Below, in pieces: positions 47,653 through 58,492 of a stretch of DNA of 64,000 nt. The translations under genes and the position numbers were made by a program. The notes under the pieces are model-generated. The model made no database searches. It was not told the origin of the DNA and saw only the letters and a program-made list of their open reading frames with translations. Each line of letters opens with the position of its first letter. Positions within the stretch are counted from its first letter, which is position 1. The stretch comes from a bacterium (GTDB lineage Bacteria; Patescibacteriota; Saccharimonadia; Saccharimonadales; AWTP1-31). The stretch is taken from the NCBI GenBank assembly GCA_030426125.1, contig JAUHZB010000002.1, positions 67,633-131,632 on the forward strand, given 5' to 3'.

Positions 47653-50600
47653 TATTTGACCTCCGTTTCTTGATCTTTGGTTGTTTCAGCTGACTCTTCG
47701 GCTGGTTGTTCTGAGCTTTCCGGTTTATGATCATCAAGCTCTAATATTTCAAATTCATCTTCAACGCTATCGGTTGTAACATCAACAGTTGAGGCTTCCG
47801 GTTCTGGGACGTCAACAGTTGATTGGTGCTCGCCTTCGTCTTTAATGCTTTTAGATAGGATATTTTCGGCATCCACTGATTCACCTGAAGAAATAAGGTC
47901 AACCTTTAGGTTCAGTCCTTGTAGTTCTTTAACTAGAACGTTGAAGCTTTCTGGGACTTTTGGTCCTACTATCTCGGTACCCTTAATGATAGATTCGTAG
48001 GCCTTAGAACGACCGAATACATCATCAGACTTAATGGTTAGCATTTCTTGTAGAGTGTTGCTTGCGCCATAAGCTTCAAGCGCCCAAACTTCCATCTCTC
48101 CGAAACGCTGACCACCGTTTTGAGCTTTACCGCCAAGTGGTTGCTGAGTAACCATAGTATATGGTCCAGTAGACCGAGCGTGAATCTTGTCGGCAATCAT
48201 GTGGTTTAGCTTGATCATGTACATGCTACCAACAGTTGTCTTTTCGCTGAATGGTTCACCGGTTCGACCATCATATAACTGTTGCTTACCATCTTCAGGT
48301 AAGCCAGCTTCACTAAGCATTGACTTAATCTTATCGGTTTCAACTCCGTTAAATGGTGGGGTTGCGACTTTAATTCCGAGAGCTTTAGCAGCCATTCCCA
48401 GGTGAGTTTCAAACAATTGTCCAATGTTCATACGACTTGGCACACCTAGTGGGTTTAAGACGATATCTACAGGTGTTCCGTCTTCATTGAATGGCATGTC
48501 TTCGACTGGTAGGATTCTAGCAATAACACCCTTGTTACCGTGACGTCCACCAAGTTTGTCGCCAACTGCGATTTTGCGCATTTGAGCTACAAAGATTTGG
48601 ATTTGCATGATCACGCCGGCTTTTAGTTCATGGCCGTTTTCGCGACTGAATACTTTGACTCCAACGACTTTACCGTGTTTACCGTTACTCATTCGCTGAG
48701 AGGTGTCACGAACTTCTTTGGCTTTTTCACCGAAGATAGCACGTAGTAGTCTTTCTTCACTACTTAGCTCTTGTTCACCTTTAGGTGTAATCTTACCAAC
48801 TAAGATGTCACCGGGGTGAACTTCAGCACCGATTCGAACAATGCCGTCTTCATCAAGATGCCTTAGAGCATCTTCAGAAACATTTGGTATATCTTGGGTT
48901 ACAATCTCAGGTCCTAACTTTGTTTCACGGACTTCAGTCATGTAGTCAACGATATGGATACTAGTAAGACTATCGTCTTCTACTAGTTTTCGGCTCAGGA
49001 TGATAGCATCTTCGAAGTTATAGCCATTCCAAGGCATGAAAGCTGTTAGTAAGTCTTTTCCAAGAGCTAGTTCACCATCAGCAACGGACATTCCTTCAAT
49101 AAGAATGTCGCCAGCTTTTACTTTATCTCCAGTGTTGACCCGGACTTTCTGGTTGATACAAGTACCTTCGTTACTGCGAACAAAGTGTAGGGCGCTATAG
49201 GTCTTTGAACCTTTGGCGTATTTAACTACTACTTCATTAGCGTTAGCCTTAGTTACTTCACCACTGGCTTCAGCGGTTACTAATTGGCCAGTATTACGTG
49301 CTACTTCGCCTTCCATACCAGTCCCAACAATTGGAGACTGTGGATTTATAAGCGGTACAGCCTGACGTTGCTGGTTACTGCCCATCAAAGAGCGATACAC
49401 ATAGTTCTTTTCAATGAATGGGATTAGAGCAGCGCTAGAACCGATAATTTGACGTCTAGATGCATCAATGTGAGTGATGTCGTTAGAATCAACCTCACCA
49501 GCAACTAGGTAGTTACGGGCACTGACACGTTCTTTTAGGAAGTATCCGTTTTCGTCTATTGCTTCACTTGCTCCGGCGATAACCGCTTTTTCTTCTTCAG
49601 CAGCATCAAGATACTCAATGGTTTTACTAACCTGAGCTTTAACTGGCCAGGTTGCTTGAGATTTAATTTTTTCTAGTTTTTTAGCAGCAGCTTCAGTGAT
49701 GGTTTTTCCTTTTTCGACGATCACTTTTCCAGATTCGTCCTCTAGGTTATAGCTGGCTACATGCCCAGCTAGCTTTTTGGCTGGTAGGGCGTTGATTACC
49801 TTAAGATATGGCGTTTCTACAAAACCATAGTCGTTAATTCGGGCATAGCTGGCTAAGTTTAGTACTAATCCAATGTTGGCACCTTCTGGAGTTTCTACAG
49901 TACAGATACGTCCATAGTGGGTAGCGTGAGCGTCACGAACTTCGAATCCAGCTCTTTCCCTAGATAGTCCACCAGGACCCATAGAGCTTAGTCGTCGTTT
50001 GTGCGCTAATTCACTAAGTGGGTTAATCTGATCCATGAACTGCGATAGCTGTGAGCTGGCGAAGAATTCTCGCACTGCTGCAACTATAGGACGAGCATTA
50101 ATAAGTTGTCCTGGAGTTACGGTTTCAATTTCGCACATACTCATGCGATCTTTGGTATTGCGCTCCATGCGAAGTAGACCGATTCTAAATTGTCGCTGAA
50201 CTAATTCACCGACTAGTTTTACACGGCGGTTAGCGAGGCTATCGATATCGTCGGCTGGCTCTCCAGTGTTTGATAAGCGAATAATCTCAGCAATGATTGC
50301 TTTTAGATCTTCTAGCCGCATTACTCGGTTCTTAGTAGTGTTTGGCACATCAAGATCAAGTCGTTTGTTGATCTTATAACGGCCAACGCGGGAGAAATCG
50401 AAGCGCTTGAAGTTATAGAACATGTTTTCTATAAGGCTTCGGGCGTTGTCTACAGTAGCTAAGTCGCCAGGTCGAAGTCGTCTATATACTTCAATTAGGG
50501 CATCATTAGTTCCCTTAGAAGGATCTTTATCTAGAGTAGTTTGGATATAGCTGGTCTTGCCAGTGTCAACATGGGCGAAAGCTTCTTTCATCTGCGCTTC

Positions 50601-51203
50601 ATTCATACCAAGAGCACGTAGTAAGGTGGTAACTGCAATCTTTCGTTTTCGGTCAATCTTTACAAACAAAGCACCGTTGGCAGCTGTTTCGAATTCTAAC
50701 CATGCACCACGGCCAGGAATTACTTTAGCGCCGTAGCGTTTGGTGGCTGTAGAGTTATCTAGAGTAAAGAAAACACCAGCTGAGCGAATTAGCTGGCTAA
50801 CTACTACTCGTTCAGCGCCGTTGATTACAAAAGTTCCACGTTCGGTCATCCATGGATAGTCACCAAGATAGATTTCTTGTTCTTTTACTTCACCAGTTAC
50901 TTTGTTGGTTAATTCAACAGTAGCCTTTAGAGGTGCGTCGTAGCTGACGTTGTTTTCTCGGGCTTCGGCTTCTGTTAGTTTTGGTTTTTCAAAGCTATAG
51001 TCTTTAAAAGATAGTGATAGCTTGGTTCCGGTATAGTCATCGATTGGACTGATCTCAGCTAGTAGTTCGCCAAGGCCCTCCTCTACTAGCCAGTCCCATG
51101 ATTTGTTTTGGTGATCAACCAGATTTGGTAGATCAACAATATTTTTTGATTCATTAAATTGAATTCTTTTACCAGAATTCTTAGTAACCGAACTTTTCGC
51201 CAT
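47652..51203 (-). CDS. rpoB: RNA polymerase beta subunit (probable start MAKSS at 51203)
   Basis: SQFMDQINPLSELAHKRR, GDKLGGRHGNKG, GGQRFGEMEVWAL; GGAG SD. Confidence 0.97.
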   Translation of the reverse strand: MAKSSVTKNSGKRIQFNESKNIVDLPNLVDHQNKSWDWLVEEGLGELLAEISPIDDYTGTKLSLSFKDYSFEKPKLTEAEARENNVSYDAPLKATVELTNKVTGEVKEQEIYLGDYPWMTERGTFVINGAERVVVSQLIRSAGVFFTLDNSTATKRYGAKVIPGRGAWLEFETAANGALFVKIDRKRKIAVTTLLRALGMNEAQMKEAFAHVDTGKTSYIQTTLDKDPSKGTNDALIEVYRRLRPGDLATVDNARSLIENMFYNFKRFDFSRVGRYKINKRLDLDVPNTTKNRVMRLEDLKAIIAEIIRLSNTGEPADDIDSLANRRVKLVGELVQRQFRIGLLRMERNTKDRMSMCEIETVTPGQLINARPIVAAVREFFASSQLSQFMDQINPLSELAHKRRLSSMGPGGLSRERAGFEVRDAHATHYGRICTVETPEGANIGLVLNLASYARINDYGFVETPYLKVINALPAKKLAGHVASYNLEDESGKVIVEKGKTITEAAAKKLEKIKSQATWPVKAQVSKTIEYLDAAEEEKAVIAGASEAIDENGYFLKERVSARNYLVAGEVDSNDITHIDASRRQIIGSSAALIPFIEKNYVYRSLMGSNQQRQAVPLINPQSPIVGTGMEGEVARNTGQLVTAEASGEVTKANANEVVVKYAKGSKTYSALHFVRSNEGTCINQKVRVNTGDKVKAGDILIEGMSVADGELALGKDLLTAFMPWNGYNFEDAIILSRKLVEDDSLTSIHIVDYMTEVRETKLGPEIVTQDIPNVSEDALRHLDEDGIVRIGAEVHPGDILVGKITPKGEQELSSEERLLRAIFGEKAKEVRDTSQRMSNGKHGKVVGVKVFSRENGHELKAGVIMQIQIFVAQMRKIAVGDKLGGRHGNKGVIARILPVEDMPFNEDGTPVDIVLNPLGVPSRMNIGQLFETHLGMAAKALGIKVATPPFNGVETDKIKSMLSEAGLPEDGKQQLYDGRTGEPFSEKTTVGSMYMIKLNHMIADKIHARSTGPYTMVTQQPLGGKAQNGGQRFGEMEVWALEAYGASNTLQEMLTIKSDDVFGRSKAYESIIKGTEIVGPKVPESFNVLVKELQGLNLKVDLISSGESVDAENILSKSIKDEGEHQSTVDVPEPEASTVDVTTDSVEDEFEILELDDHKPESSEQPAEESAETTKDQETEVK

Positions 51204-51466
51204 AAGCTGTAGCACTCCGTTTTTTATTGATTTATAAATTTATTGCTAATAACCGAAGTTATTGCTGTTACTGTTTATTATCTTTTTCTATCTTTTACTC
51301 TTGGTATTGAGAAGATATTCTAAGAGGGTCAATACAATGCATTATTATTTTTGATAACACAGCAGTGCCCGCTAACGCTACTTCTTATATAGATAGTACT
51401 GTTTTAAGTCGCTCAATGCAAGTTATTAACAGCTGTGTTGTTTATACTACTACGGCAACAATGTTT

Positions 51467-51508
51467 CTAGCACTCACTATTGACGAGTGCTAATTTTTTG
51501 CATACTAT
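51467..51508 (+). promoter_or_regulatory. CIRCE (HrcA operator) overlapping the clpP sigma70 promoter
   Basis: CTAGCACTC-N9-GAGTGCTAA (51467-51493; consensus TTAGCACTC-N9-GAGTGCTAA); TTGACG(51480-85)-N17-TACTAT(51503-08). Confidence 0.9.
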
Positions 51509-51514
51509 TAAATT

Positions 51515-52126
51515 ATGAATAAACCAACCAATGCAACTTTAGTACCAACAGTTATTGAAAGTGATGGCCGTGTCGAACGAGCCTACGATATATATAGTCG
51601 TCTATTAAAAGATCGAATCATCTTTTTAGGTGATGCTGTAAATGAGCACACCGCTAACTTAGTCGTCGCTCAGCTATTATTCCTTCATGCTGAGGACCCC
51701 AAGAAAGACATTAATTTCTATATCAATAGTCCAGGAGGGGTTGTTTACGACGCTCTAGCTATCTATGACACTATGCAATATATATCTAACGACATTCAAA
51801 CCGTCGGTATCGGTGTACAAGCCTCGGCCGCCGCTTTTCTACTAAGTTCTGGCACCAAGGGCAAGCGTGTCGCGTTGCCAAATGCAACTATCATGGTTCA
51901 CCAACCAAGTAGCGGTACTAGAGGTAAGGTTACCGATATGGAGATTGACCTAAAAGAATCACTCAGGATTAAGCAAAGACTTAATGAAATAATGGCCAAG
52001 AATACTGGTCAAACCGTTAAGAAAATCCAAGCCGATATGGAGCGTGACTATTGGATGAATGCTGAAGAATCTGTAAAATACGGTATTGTTGACAAGATTG
52101 TTAAAAGCTTGAAAGAAGTTAAATAA
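51515..52126 (+). CDS. clpP: ATP-dependent Clp protease proteolytic subunit
   Basis: [23 protein letters not shown] (Ser), HQP, ERD. Confidence 0.97.
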   Translation: MNKPTNATLVPTVIESDGRVERAYDIYSRLLKDRIIFLGDAVNEHTANLVVAQLLFLHAEDPKKDINFYINSPGGVVYDALAIYDTMQYISNDIQTVGIGVQASAAAFLLSSGTKGKRVALPNATIMVHQPSSGTRGKVTDMEIDLKESLRIKQRLNEIMAKNTGQTVKKIQADMERDYWMNAEESVKYGIVDKIVKSLKEVK

Positions 52127-52143
52127 ATTCTTATTTAATTTAA

Positions 52144-53433
52144 TTAGGATTTTTTCTTAGTAACAATATCAACTAGTTTCTGAACAATCTTCTCAGAACG
52201 TAATCTGGAGGCTATATCTTGCCGACCTTGGTCTGAGTCTAGCTCAGCTTGCATCTTCGGATCTTGGTACTGACCTTTTAGAAGCTGCATTCGCACTTCT
52301 AGTTCCTCTGGGGTGACATTAATTTTTTCCTTATCGCCAATTGCACCAATAATGATACCAATTTTAACTTGCTCTTCGGCTTCTGGGCGTTTACTCTCCG
52401 AGTGCTGTTCAGCTGTTTGACCTTCGGCTTCCAAGTGTTCTTGCCAGGTTTGCCCACGGTAGATTAGGTTTTGCTTTTCGTTTTCTTCAATGCGCTTTAT
52501 TTGATCATCGATTACTGCTTTTGGTATAGCTACTGTCGTTTTCTTTGCAATTTCTTGTAACAGCTCATTTTCGAATTTACGATCAACTTCCGTTTGTTGC
52601 TCTATTTCAAGTTGTTGCTTGATGTTCTTCTTTAGCTCCTCAAGAGTTTTGAACGGTCCGGCTTTAGCGGCAAATTGATCATCTAGTTTTGGTAGGATTA
52701 ATTGGTTTACGGCTTTTACGGTTATATCGAAAGTAACTTTCTTGTTCTGAAGAGCCTTCACTTGGTAGCTTTTTGGGAAAGTAAGTGTGAACTTTTTCTT
52801 TTCTTTGGCCTTCAGTCCAATTAGGTTTTCTTCGAATCCTGGTATAAAAGTGTTACTTCCAAGAACTAGTGGATAATCTTTACCTTCAGCTCCATTAACC
52901 GGTTCACCCTTACTGTCGCTACCTTTAAAGTCGATACTAATTTCATCGCCATCTTTAGCTGGTTTATCTGATGGTTTTTTCTCTGCGCTTCGAGTTCGGA
53001 GGCTTTCAAGCACTCCATTTACGTCTTTTGCAGTCACTTTTACGCTAGGTTTGGTTTTGCTGATTTTGCTATAGTCGGCTAGTTTAACTTCACCAAGGAC
53101 ATCGGCTGTAATTTCGAAATCGAATGTTGTGAAGGGAACGAACTTTTTTAGGTTTACGGAAGGTTGCCCGATAACCCGTAAATTTTCTTTGGTTATGGCT
53201 TCGACGTAGAAGTGGTTAAGGGTAGCGTCAATAAATTCGCTTTGCAGGGTGTTCTGGTCAAGGTTCTTTTCGATAACCTCCATCGGCGCTTTGCCTTCAC
53301 GGAAGCCAGCAACCTTGGTGTTTTTGCCAAGTCTTTTGACGGTAGCTTGTTTAATTTTATTTAAGGTTTCAGCGTCTGCTGAGATACTTAGTGTTACGTT
53401 AGTTGGGTTGTTGTGAGTTAATTTAATTTGCAT
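52144..53433 (-). CDS. tig: Trigger factor (probable ATG start at 53433)
   Basis: GFREGKAP, FKBP domain IDFKG...FIPGFEE...TFPKSY. Confidence 0.94.
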   Translation of the reverse strand: MQIKLTHNNPTNVTLSISADAETLNKIKQATVKRLGKNTKVAGFREGKAPMEVIEKNLDQNTLQSEFIDATLNHFYVEAITKENLRVIGQPSVNLKKFVPFTTFDFEITADVLGEVKLADYSKISKTKPSVKVTAKDVNGVLESLRTRSAEKKPSDKPAKDGDEISIDFKGSDSKGEPVNGAEGKDYPLVLGSNTFIPGFEENLIGLKAKEKKKFTLTFPKSYQVKALQNKKVTFDITVKAVNQLILPKLDDQFAAKAGPFKTLEELKKNIKQQLEIEQQTEVDRKFENELLQEIAKKTTVAIPKAVIDDQIKRIEENEKQNLIYRGQTWQEHLEAEGQTAEQHSESKRPEAEEQVKIGIIIGAIGDKEKINVTPEELEVRMQLLKGQYQDPKMQAELDSDQGRQDIASRLRSEKIVQKLVDIVTKKKS

Positions 53434-53474
53434 AAGTTGCAATTATAACAGATGAGCGAACTGTTTGCTACTAT

Positions 53475-54776
53475 TTAGGCAGTTCTTTGAATGGTGCTTA
53501 CTATGCTTTGAGGACTTAATTTCTCTTCCTGTTGGCTTTGAAGATTCTTTAGGTTAAATTGATTACCCTCTAATTCCTCTGGTCCGATAAATAGAGCGTA
53601 TTTGATATCTTTTTTCAGGGCAGTCTTAATTTTTGCCGGAATCTTGCGGTCGGTGCTATCAACTGCAATGCGCAAACCTTGGCTTCTAAGATCGGCTATT
53701 AGCGATTGTGCTTGGTTGTATACATCGCCTACTAAAACGGCATAGACATCGGTTTGTGAGGCTACTGTTGGTAGTAGTTTATGGGTATTTAGAAAATCTT
53801 TGAGGGTTACATCACCCCAGCCAAAACCAACTGTGGCTATTGGTTCAACTCCGAACAGACCAACTAATCCATCATAACGGCCACCGCCCATAATTGATCT
53901 AGGATTATCGGGATCAGTGTCGTTCATTTCGAAAACAATGCCGGTATAGTAATCAAATCCGCGCATGATGCTAATGTTGAAATTAACGTTAGCTAGTCCA
54001 CTATCTGTAAGACTGTCAATTAGTTCTTGGAGTTCTTTAGCTGGTTGGCTATCAGCGACTTCGCTTGGTAAGTCGGATATCTGGCTGATCTGCAGTAGAT
54101 CGAGTAATTTTTTATCTAGCTGGTTAGTCAGTTGACCTTGATCAAGGCAATCTTTTAAGGCTGAAGCAAAATCTTCAGGGCTAATTTTATTCATTTTATC
54201 GATAAGTTTGGCAATCTTATGAGCTTGCTCACTGTTTAGTTGTAGGTAGCTATCAAAAATATAGTCCATTAGACCACGGTGATTTAGGCTGAACTTATAC
54301 ATGCTTTGCTGAGCCCCGAATTGATTCATTATTCTATCAGCCAGCAGAATTAGTTCATGCTCTGCCTGGTTGTTTTCGATTCCGAATATATCGACGTTTA
54401 GTTGCCAGTGTTCACGTAGTCGCCCGCGTTGTGGTCGTTCATAGCGCCACAGTACTGGAATACTATACCAGCGCAGTGGATAGCCCAATTCTTGACGGCG
54501 GCCAGCTACTAGTCTGCTGACAGAGGGGGTCATTTCCGGTCGAATAACCACTTCACGATCGCCACGATCTTTGAAGGTATAGGTTTGTTCATTAACGATC
54601 TCTTCGCCAGATTTGGCTTTGTATAGCTCGATATTCTCCAGAATAGGGGCGTCGTATTCCTCGTAACCAAAACTTTCAGCTACAGAACGAAAAGTAGAAA
54701 AGATATAGTTTTGAAGGCGTTTATCCTCAGGGTAGAAATCGCGAGCTCCTTTGTATGCTTGTGTCGATAAACTCAT
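53475..54776 (-). CDS. hisS: Histidine--tRNA ligase
   Basis: RPEMT, RYERPQRGR, RGFDYYTG, GGGRYD. Confidence 0.97.
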   Translation of the reverse strand: MSLSTQAYKGARDFYPEDKRLQNYIFSTFRSVAESFGYEEYDAPILENIELYKAKSGEEIVNEQTYTFKDRGDREVVIRPEMTPSVSRLVAGRRQELGYPLRWYSIPVLWRYERPQRGRLREHWQLNVDIFGIENNQAEHELILLADRIMNQFGAQQSMYKFSLNHRGLMDYIFDSYLQLNSEQAHKIAKLIDKMNKISPEDFASALKDCLDQGQLTNQLDKKLLDLLQISQISDLPSEVADSQPAKELQELIDSLTDSGLANVNFNISIMRGFDYYTGIVFEMNDTDPDNPRSIMGGGRYDGLVGLFGVEPIATVGFGWGDVTLKDFLNTHKLLPTVASQTDVYAVLVGDVYNQAQSLIADLRSQGLRIAVDSTDRKIPAKIKTALKKDIKYALFIGPEELEGNQFNLKNLQSQQEEKLSPQSIVSTIQRTA

Positions 54777-54839
54777 GAATTTTTCCCTAGTGACAAATAC
54801 CCTTTAGTTTAGGTTGTATGATTAATTTTGTAATAAATT

Positions 54840-54924
54840 TGGTACGGATGAGAGGACTTGAACCTCCACGCCTTGCGGCACTAGCTCCTAAGGCTAGCGT
54901 GTCTACCAATTCCACCACATCCGC
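54840..54924 (-). tRNA. trnL: tRNA-Leu(TAG)
   Basis: GCGGATG/CATCCGT acceptor stem, CTAGC-CTTAGGA-GCTAG, long variable arm, CCA. Confidence 0.95.
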
Positions 54925-54962
54925 CTAACTGAATGGTTATCCATTGGATTAACAGTGATATT

Positions 54963-55499
54963 TTACGCAATTTTTCGATAAAATACCAGCTTTGCATTAC
55001 TAAACTGTTTTTCTGCTAATATTTCGAACTGGTCTGGGGCGATTCTGACATCATTACTAGCTGGCAAGGAGAGTACTCCGACGGCACCTATTTTGCTGTG
55101 ATGCATTATTTTTTCTACTAAACTTTCCTGGACATTATTATATGGTGGATCGCATAACACAATATCGAATAATTGATCAGGATTGTTGTTGTGCCAGGTC
55201 TTGGCATTTATCGCCTGGAGGTTAGCTTGTTTAGTTAGGTCCAGGTCATAAATATTTTGCTTGATAATTTTCACCGCTTGACGGTTGTCTTCTAAAATTA
55301 AGGCCGTTTTAGCACCTCGGCTAATAGCCTCAAAACTAAGCGCTCCACTACCACCAAATGCATCCAGAATGCTAAGGCTGGTAATATCGCCTAAGGTGTC
55401 AAACAGTGCAGTCCGGACTTTATCGCCCATTGGATGGGTGGCAAAACCTTTAGGCGATTTAAATATTCGACCCTTTAAGTTGCCAGAGACAATACGCAC
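54963..55499 (-). CDS. rsmD: 16S rRNA m2G966 methyltransferase RsmD
   Basis: RIVSG..KGR, LDAFGGSGAL.FEAISRGA, DPPY. Confidence 0.92.
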   Translation of the reverse strand: MRIVSGNLKGRIFKSPKGFATHPMGDKVRTALFDTLGDITSLSILDAFGGSGALSFEAISRGAKTALILEDNRQAVKIIKQNIYDLDLTKQANLQAINAKTWHNNNPDQLFDIVLCDPPYNNVQESLVEKIMHHSKIGAVGVLSLPASNDVRIAPDQFEILAEKQFSNAKLVFYRKIA

Positions 55500-55502
55500 C
55501 TG

Positions 55503-56348
55503 TTATTTTCCTTTGCTTGTTCTTTGCTGGTGTTTTTTGGGTTTATTAGCTTCTTGGTAGGCACTATACCAAGCTAAGGTTACAGTTTTAATTATCATAG
55601 GGATAAGTTTGTTGCGCACATCCAAGGTAAGCCTTGTAGTCCAACCTCTTTGATAGTAGCGGGTATACATATCTAGCACGGCAATCTCTCGAGTTGTTCT
55701 TTTGAAATATTCGCCGATTTTTAAATCATTAAACTCTTCTATATCACTAGCCGACGGAGCGCTGTCGCTAAAGGATAGTGGAGCCATAATAGAGGCTACT
55801 CCTAGTTCAAACATGCCATGGGTTGATATTAGGCCCTTGAATCCCCACATTTTCCAGTTGTTTTTTACTTGATCGCGCCGAGTGATACCGGGAACAATTA
55901 GCTTGTCTTTGATGCTACTACGGGTTTCATTTCCCTCCCCGCCCCGCAGCTCACTAAGTTTTTCTTCGTATGGGTAATGATGTGCTGGGGTTAAACCATC
56001 GACTAGGGCATGAGACAGCCAAGCTGCTTCAAAGGCTGCTTTTTCGGCCTGCTCTTCTTTCAAGGCTCTGATAAGTAGCTTATGGTGTTTGGTGATCAGG
56101 TCCATAAGAGTAGTATCATTGTCATCGAAAGGATTTAAAAAATGCCACGGTTCGTTAACCGAAGGACTTTTTCTCTTGATGCCGTCAGGTCCATTTTTGC
56201 CTTCAAAGTGTAGGATACTCTTAATAGCTGGAAACCTTTGATCATCGATTTCTAGTTTGCTGAGATTAAGTCTAGACACCCGATCAATCTTTTGATGGGC
56301 ACCCAGAATCCCACCAGATTTATTGGTTAAAGTTGTTCCAGCGTACAT
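55503..56348 (-). CDS. Putative zinc-dependent phospholipase C / S1-P1 nuclease-fold protein
   Basis: GAHQ, GPD, WHF, HALVDGLTPAH, HGMFE resemble the metal-ligand pattern of this fold. Confidence 0.55.
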   Translation of the reverse strand: MYAGTTLTNKSGGILGAHQKIDRVSRLNLSKLEIDDQRFPAIKSILHFEGKNGPDGIKRKSPSVNEPWHFLNPFDDNDTTLMDLITKHHKLLIRALKEEQAEKAAFEAAWLSHALVDGLTPAHHYPYEEKLSELRGGEGNETRSSIKDKLIVPGITRRDQVKNNWKMWGFKGLISTHGMFELGVASIMAPLSFSDSAPSASDIEEFNDLKIGEYFKRTTREIAVLDMYTRYYQRGWTTRLTLDVRNKLIPMIIKTVTLAWYSAYQEANKPKKHQQRTSKGK

Positions 56349-56398
56349 TATTTACCGCGGTATGTATTAGCTATATTATTAATCATTTACTTATTCGA

Positions 56399-58438
56399 TT
56401 AGTTAAGAGTCGTTACTTTTAATAACTGCTCTAGACGTTTAGAAAGATGACTATATTGTAGCAGATTTTCTTGTTTATCTATAAACTGCTGGGCGCAGGC
56501 TCGAGCTTGATTTACAAGCTTAAGATCAGCCAGATCAGCAACTGATAAATCTAAAGCTCCGTGCTGGGCGGAGCCGTATATTGCGCCTGGTCCTCTTATT
56601 TTTAGGTCTAACTCACTCAATTCAAAGCCGTCGTTAGTCGATTCCACAGCTCTCAGTCGACTGCTAGGTGTACTAGAATCGGTTGGCACTAGATAGCAGT
56701 AAGATTGATGTTGACCACGACCAACTCGACCGCGAAGTTGATGAAGTTGTGCTAAGCCAAATCGGTCGGCATTTTCAATGACCATTATGTTGGCATTAGG
56801 GACGTCAACGCCAACTTCTACAACTGTAGTAGAGACCAGCACATCTATTTTTTTCTCCAGGAATTGTTTCATGACTGTTGTCTTGTCTTCAGGGCTTAGT
56901 TTGCCGTGCATTAGACCTACGCGATAATCTTTGAAATCCGTGGATTGCAGTTTTTGTTGCAATGTAGTGGCCGACTGCAGGTCTGGTTGTAAATCGGAAT
57001 CGGACACCAGAGGACAAACTATAAAGGCTTGTCGACCTAGACTGAGCTGATGTTTGATCTTAGTGTAAAGCGAGGCCCGCGAATTTGGCGAGCTAATCTC
57101 TGTGTGTATGGTCTGTTGATGTTTAGGCTTCTGCTGAATTATGGAAACATCCATTTCGCCAAAAAGGGTCAAACTTAGACTTCTTGGTATTGGTGTGGCA
57201 GTCATTGTTAACACGTGCGGCATTTTGTCGGCCTTGGAAAGGAGCTGTTTGCGCTGAGAAACCCCAAAGCGATGTTGTTCATCAATTATTATTAACCCTA
57301 GCTTCTTGATGGCAACTTTTTCTTGGATCAAAGCATGGGTTCCAATTATGAACTGCATATCGCCACTACTAATGTGACGGTGAGAGTGCTTTTTTGAGGA
57401 CGCCTTCATCTTACCGGTCAGTAGACCTACTTTACTATGAAGTCCTAGCGGCTTCAGCAAATTATAGATAGTGTCGGCATGCTGTTTGGCTAGTATCTCC
57501 GTTGGGGCCATCAATGCTACTTGGTAGCCTTGATTTAAGACCATAAGCGCAGCCATGGTCGCTACCACGGTCTTCCCAGAACCAACATCACCCTCAAGTA
57601 ACCTGTTCATAGGTTTGCTTGCCGTTAGATCTTGATAAATAGTCCAGATCACCTTGCGTTGATCATTGGTTAATTCAAATGGCAAATGACCGACGAAGTC
57701 TTTAGCTAGCTGTTCCTTGAATTGTATTTTTTGGGCAGATAGTTGGCTGTTGTCTTGTTTTAAATTTAAGGCAGCTAGCGAGAGCTCAAATACTTCCTCG
57801 AAACCGAGACGCTGTTTAGCTTTTTCTATTTCATCGCTTCTCTTTGGATAATGGATGAGGTATAAAGCCTTAGCTCTACTAACTAGTTTTTCCTGCTTAA
57901 CAATCCAGTTAGGTAGAGTCTCTTCAGTTTTTTGGATTGTCGGCAATACCTGCCGAATAATTTTGCGGATCTGATTAGACTTTAGTCCTTTCGTTTGCCG
58001 ATACACTGGAAGTATGCGGGCAGCATTGGTTGGTAGGTCACTTTCTAGCTCGCAGGCCGGGTTGATCATTGAAAACTTCTGATGACGCAGTTCAAACTGA
58101 CCAGATATTAAATAGGTTTTGTTAGTCGCTAGTGACTTAGCTCGATACGGTTGATTAAACCAGATTATTCGGGCACTGCCAGTAGTATCACTAACTATTG
58201 CTTCTGTGATGTGTAGTCCGCGCCGGGCATATCGACTGCTGACCTGTGAAATTTTTCCGCGTACGCTGTACTGTCCAGTTTGGAGCTGTTTAATCGGGGT
58301 TATCTTGGAATAATCCTGATAAGACCGAGGGTAAAACGAAATTAGGTCATTAACGGTGTATAGTCCCAGTCTATGAAACTTTTTACTTAGCGCCTCACCT
58401 ACCCCTTTAATCTGATCAATCGGATCTTCTAGATTCAT
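56399..58438 (-). CDS. recG: ATP-dependent DNA helicase RecG
   Basis: GDVGSGKT, DEQHRFG, TATPIPR, QLRGRVGRG. Confidence 0.97.
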   Translation of the reverse strand: MNLEDPIDQIKGVGEALSKKFHRLGLYTVNDLISFYPRSYQDYSKITPIKQLQTGQYSVRGKISQVSSRYARRGLHITEAIVSDTTGSARIIWFNQPYRAKSLATNKTYLISGQFELRHQKFSMINPACELESDLPTNAARILPVYRQTKGLKSNQIRKIIRQVLPTIQKTEETLPNWIVKQEKLVSRAKALYLIHYPKRSDEIEKAKQRLGFEEVFELSLAALNLKQDNSQLSAQKIQFKEQLAKDFVGHLPFELTNDQRKVIWTIYQDLTASKPMNRLLEGDVGSGKTVVATMAALMVLNQGYQVALMAPTEILAKQHADTIYNLLKPLGLHSKVGLLTGKMKASSKKHSHRHISSGDMQFIIGTHALIQEKVAIKKLGLIIIDEQHRFGVSQRKQLLSKADKMPHVLTMTATPIPRSLSLTLFGEMDVSIIQQKPKHQQTIHTEISSPNSRASLYTKIKHQLSLGRQAFIVCPLVSDSDLQPDLQSATTLQQKLQSTDFKDYRVGLMHGKLSPEDKTTVMKQFLEKKIDVLVSTTVVEVGVDVPNANIMVIENADRFGLAQLHQLRGRVGRGQHQSYCYLVPTDSSTPSSRLRAVESTNDGFELSELDLKIRGPGAIYGSAQHGALDLSVADLADLKLVNQARACAQQFIDKQENLLQYSHLSKRLEQLLKVTTLN

Positions 58439-58492
58439 TCTTTAATACTAGCAGAAGGCAGATTGTCTTCGACCTAAATTTTATGTTATTAG

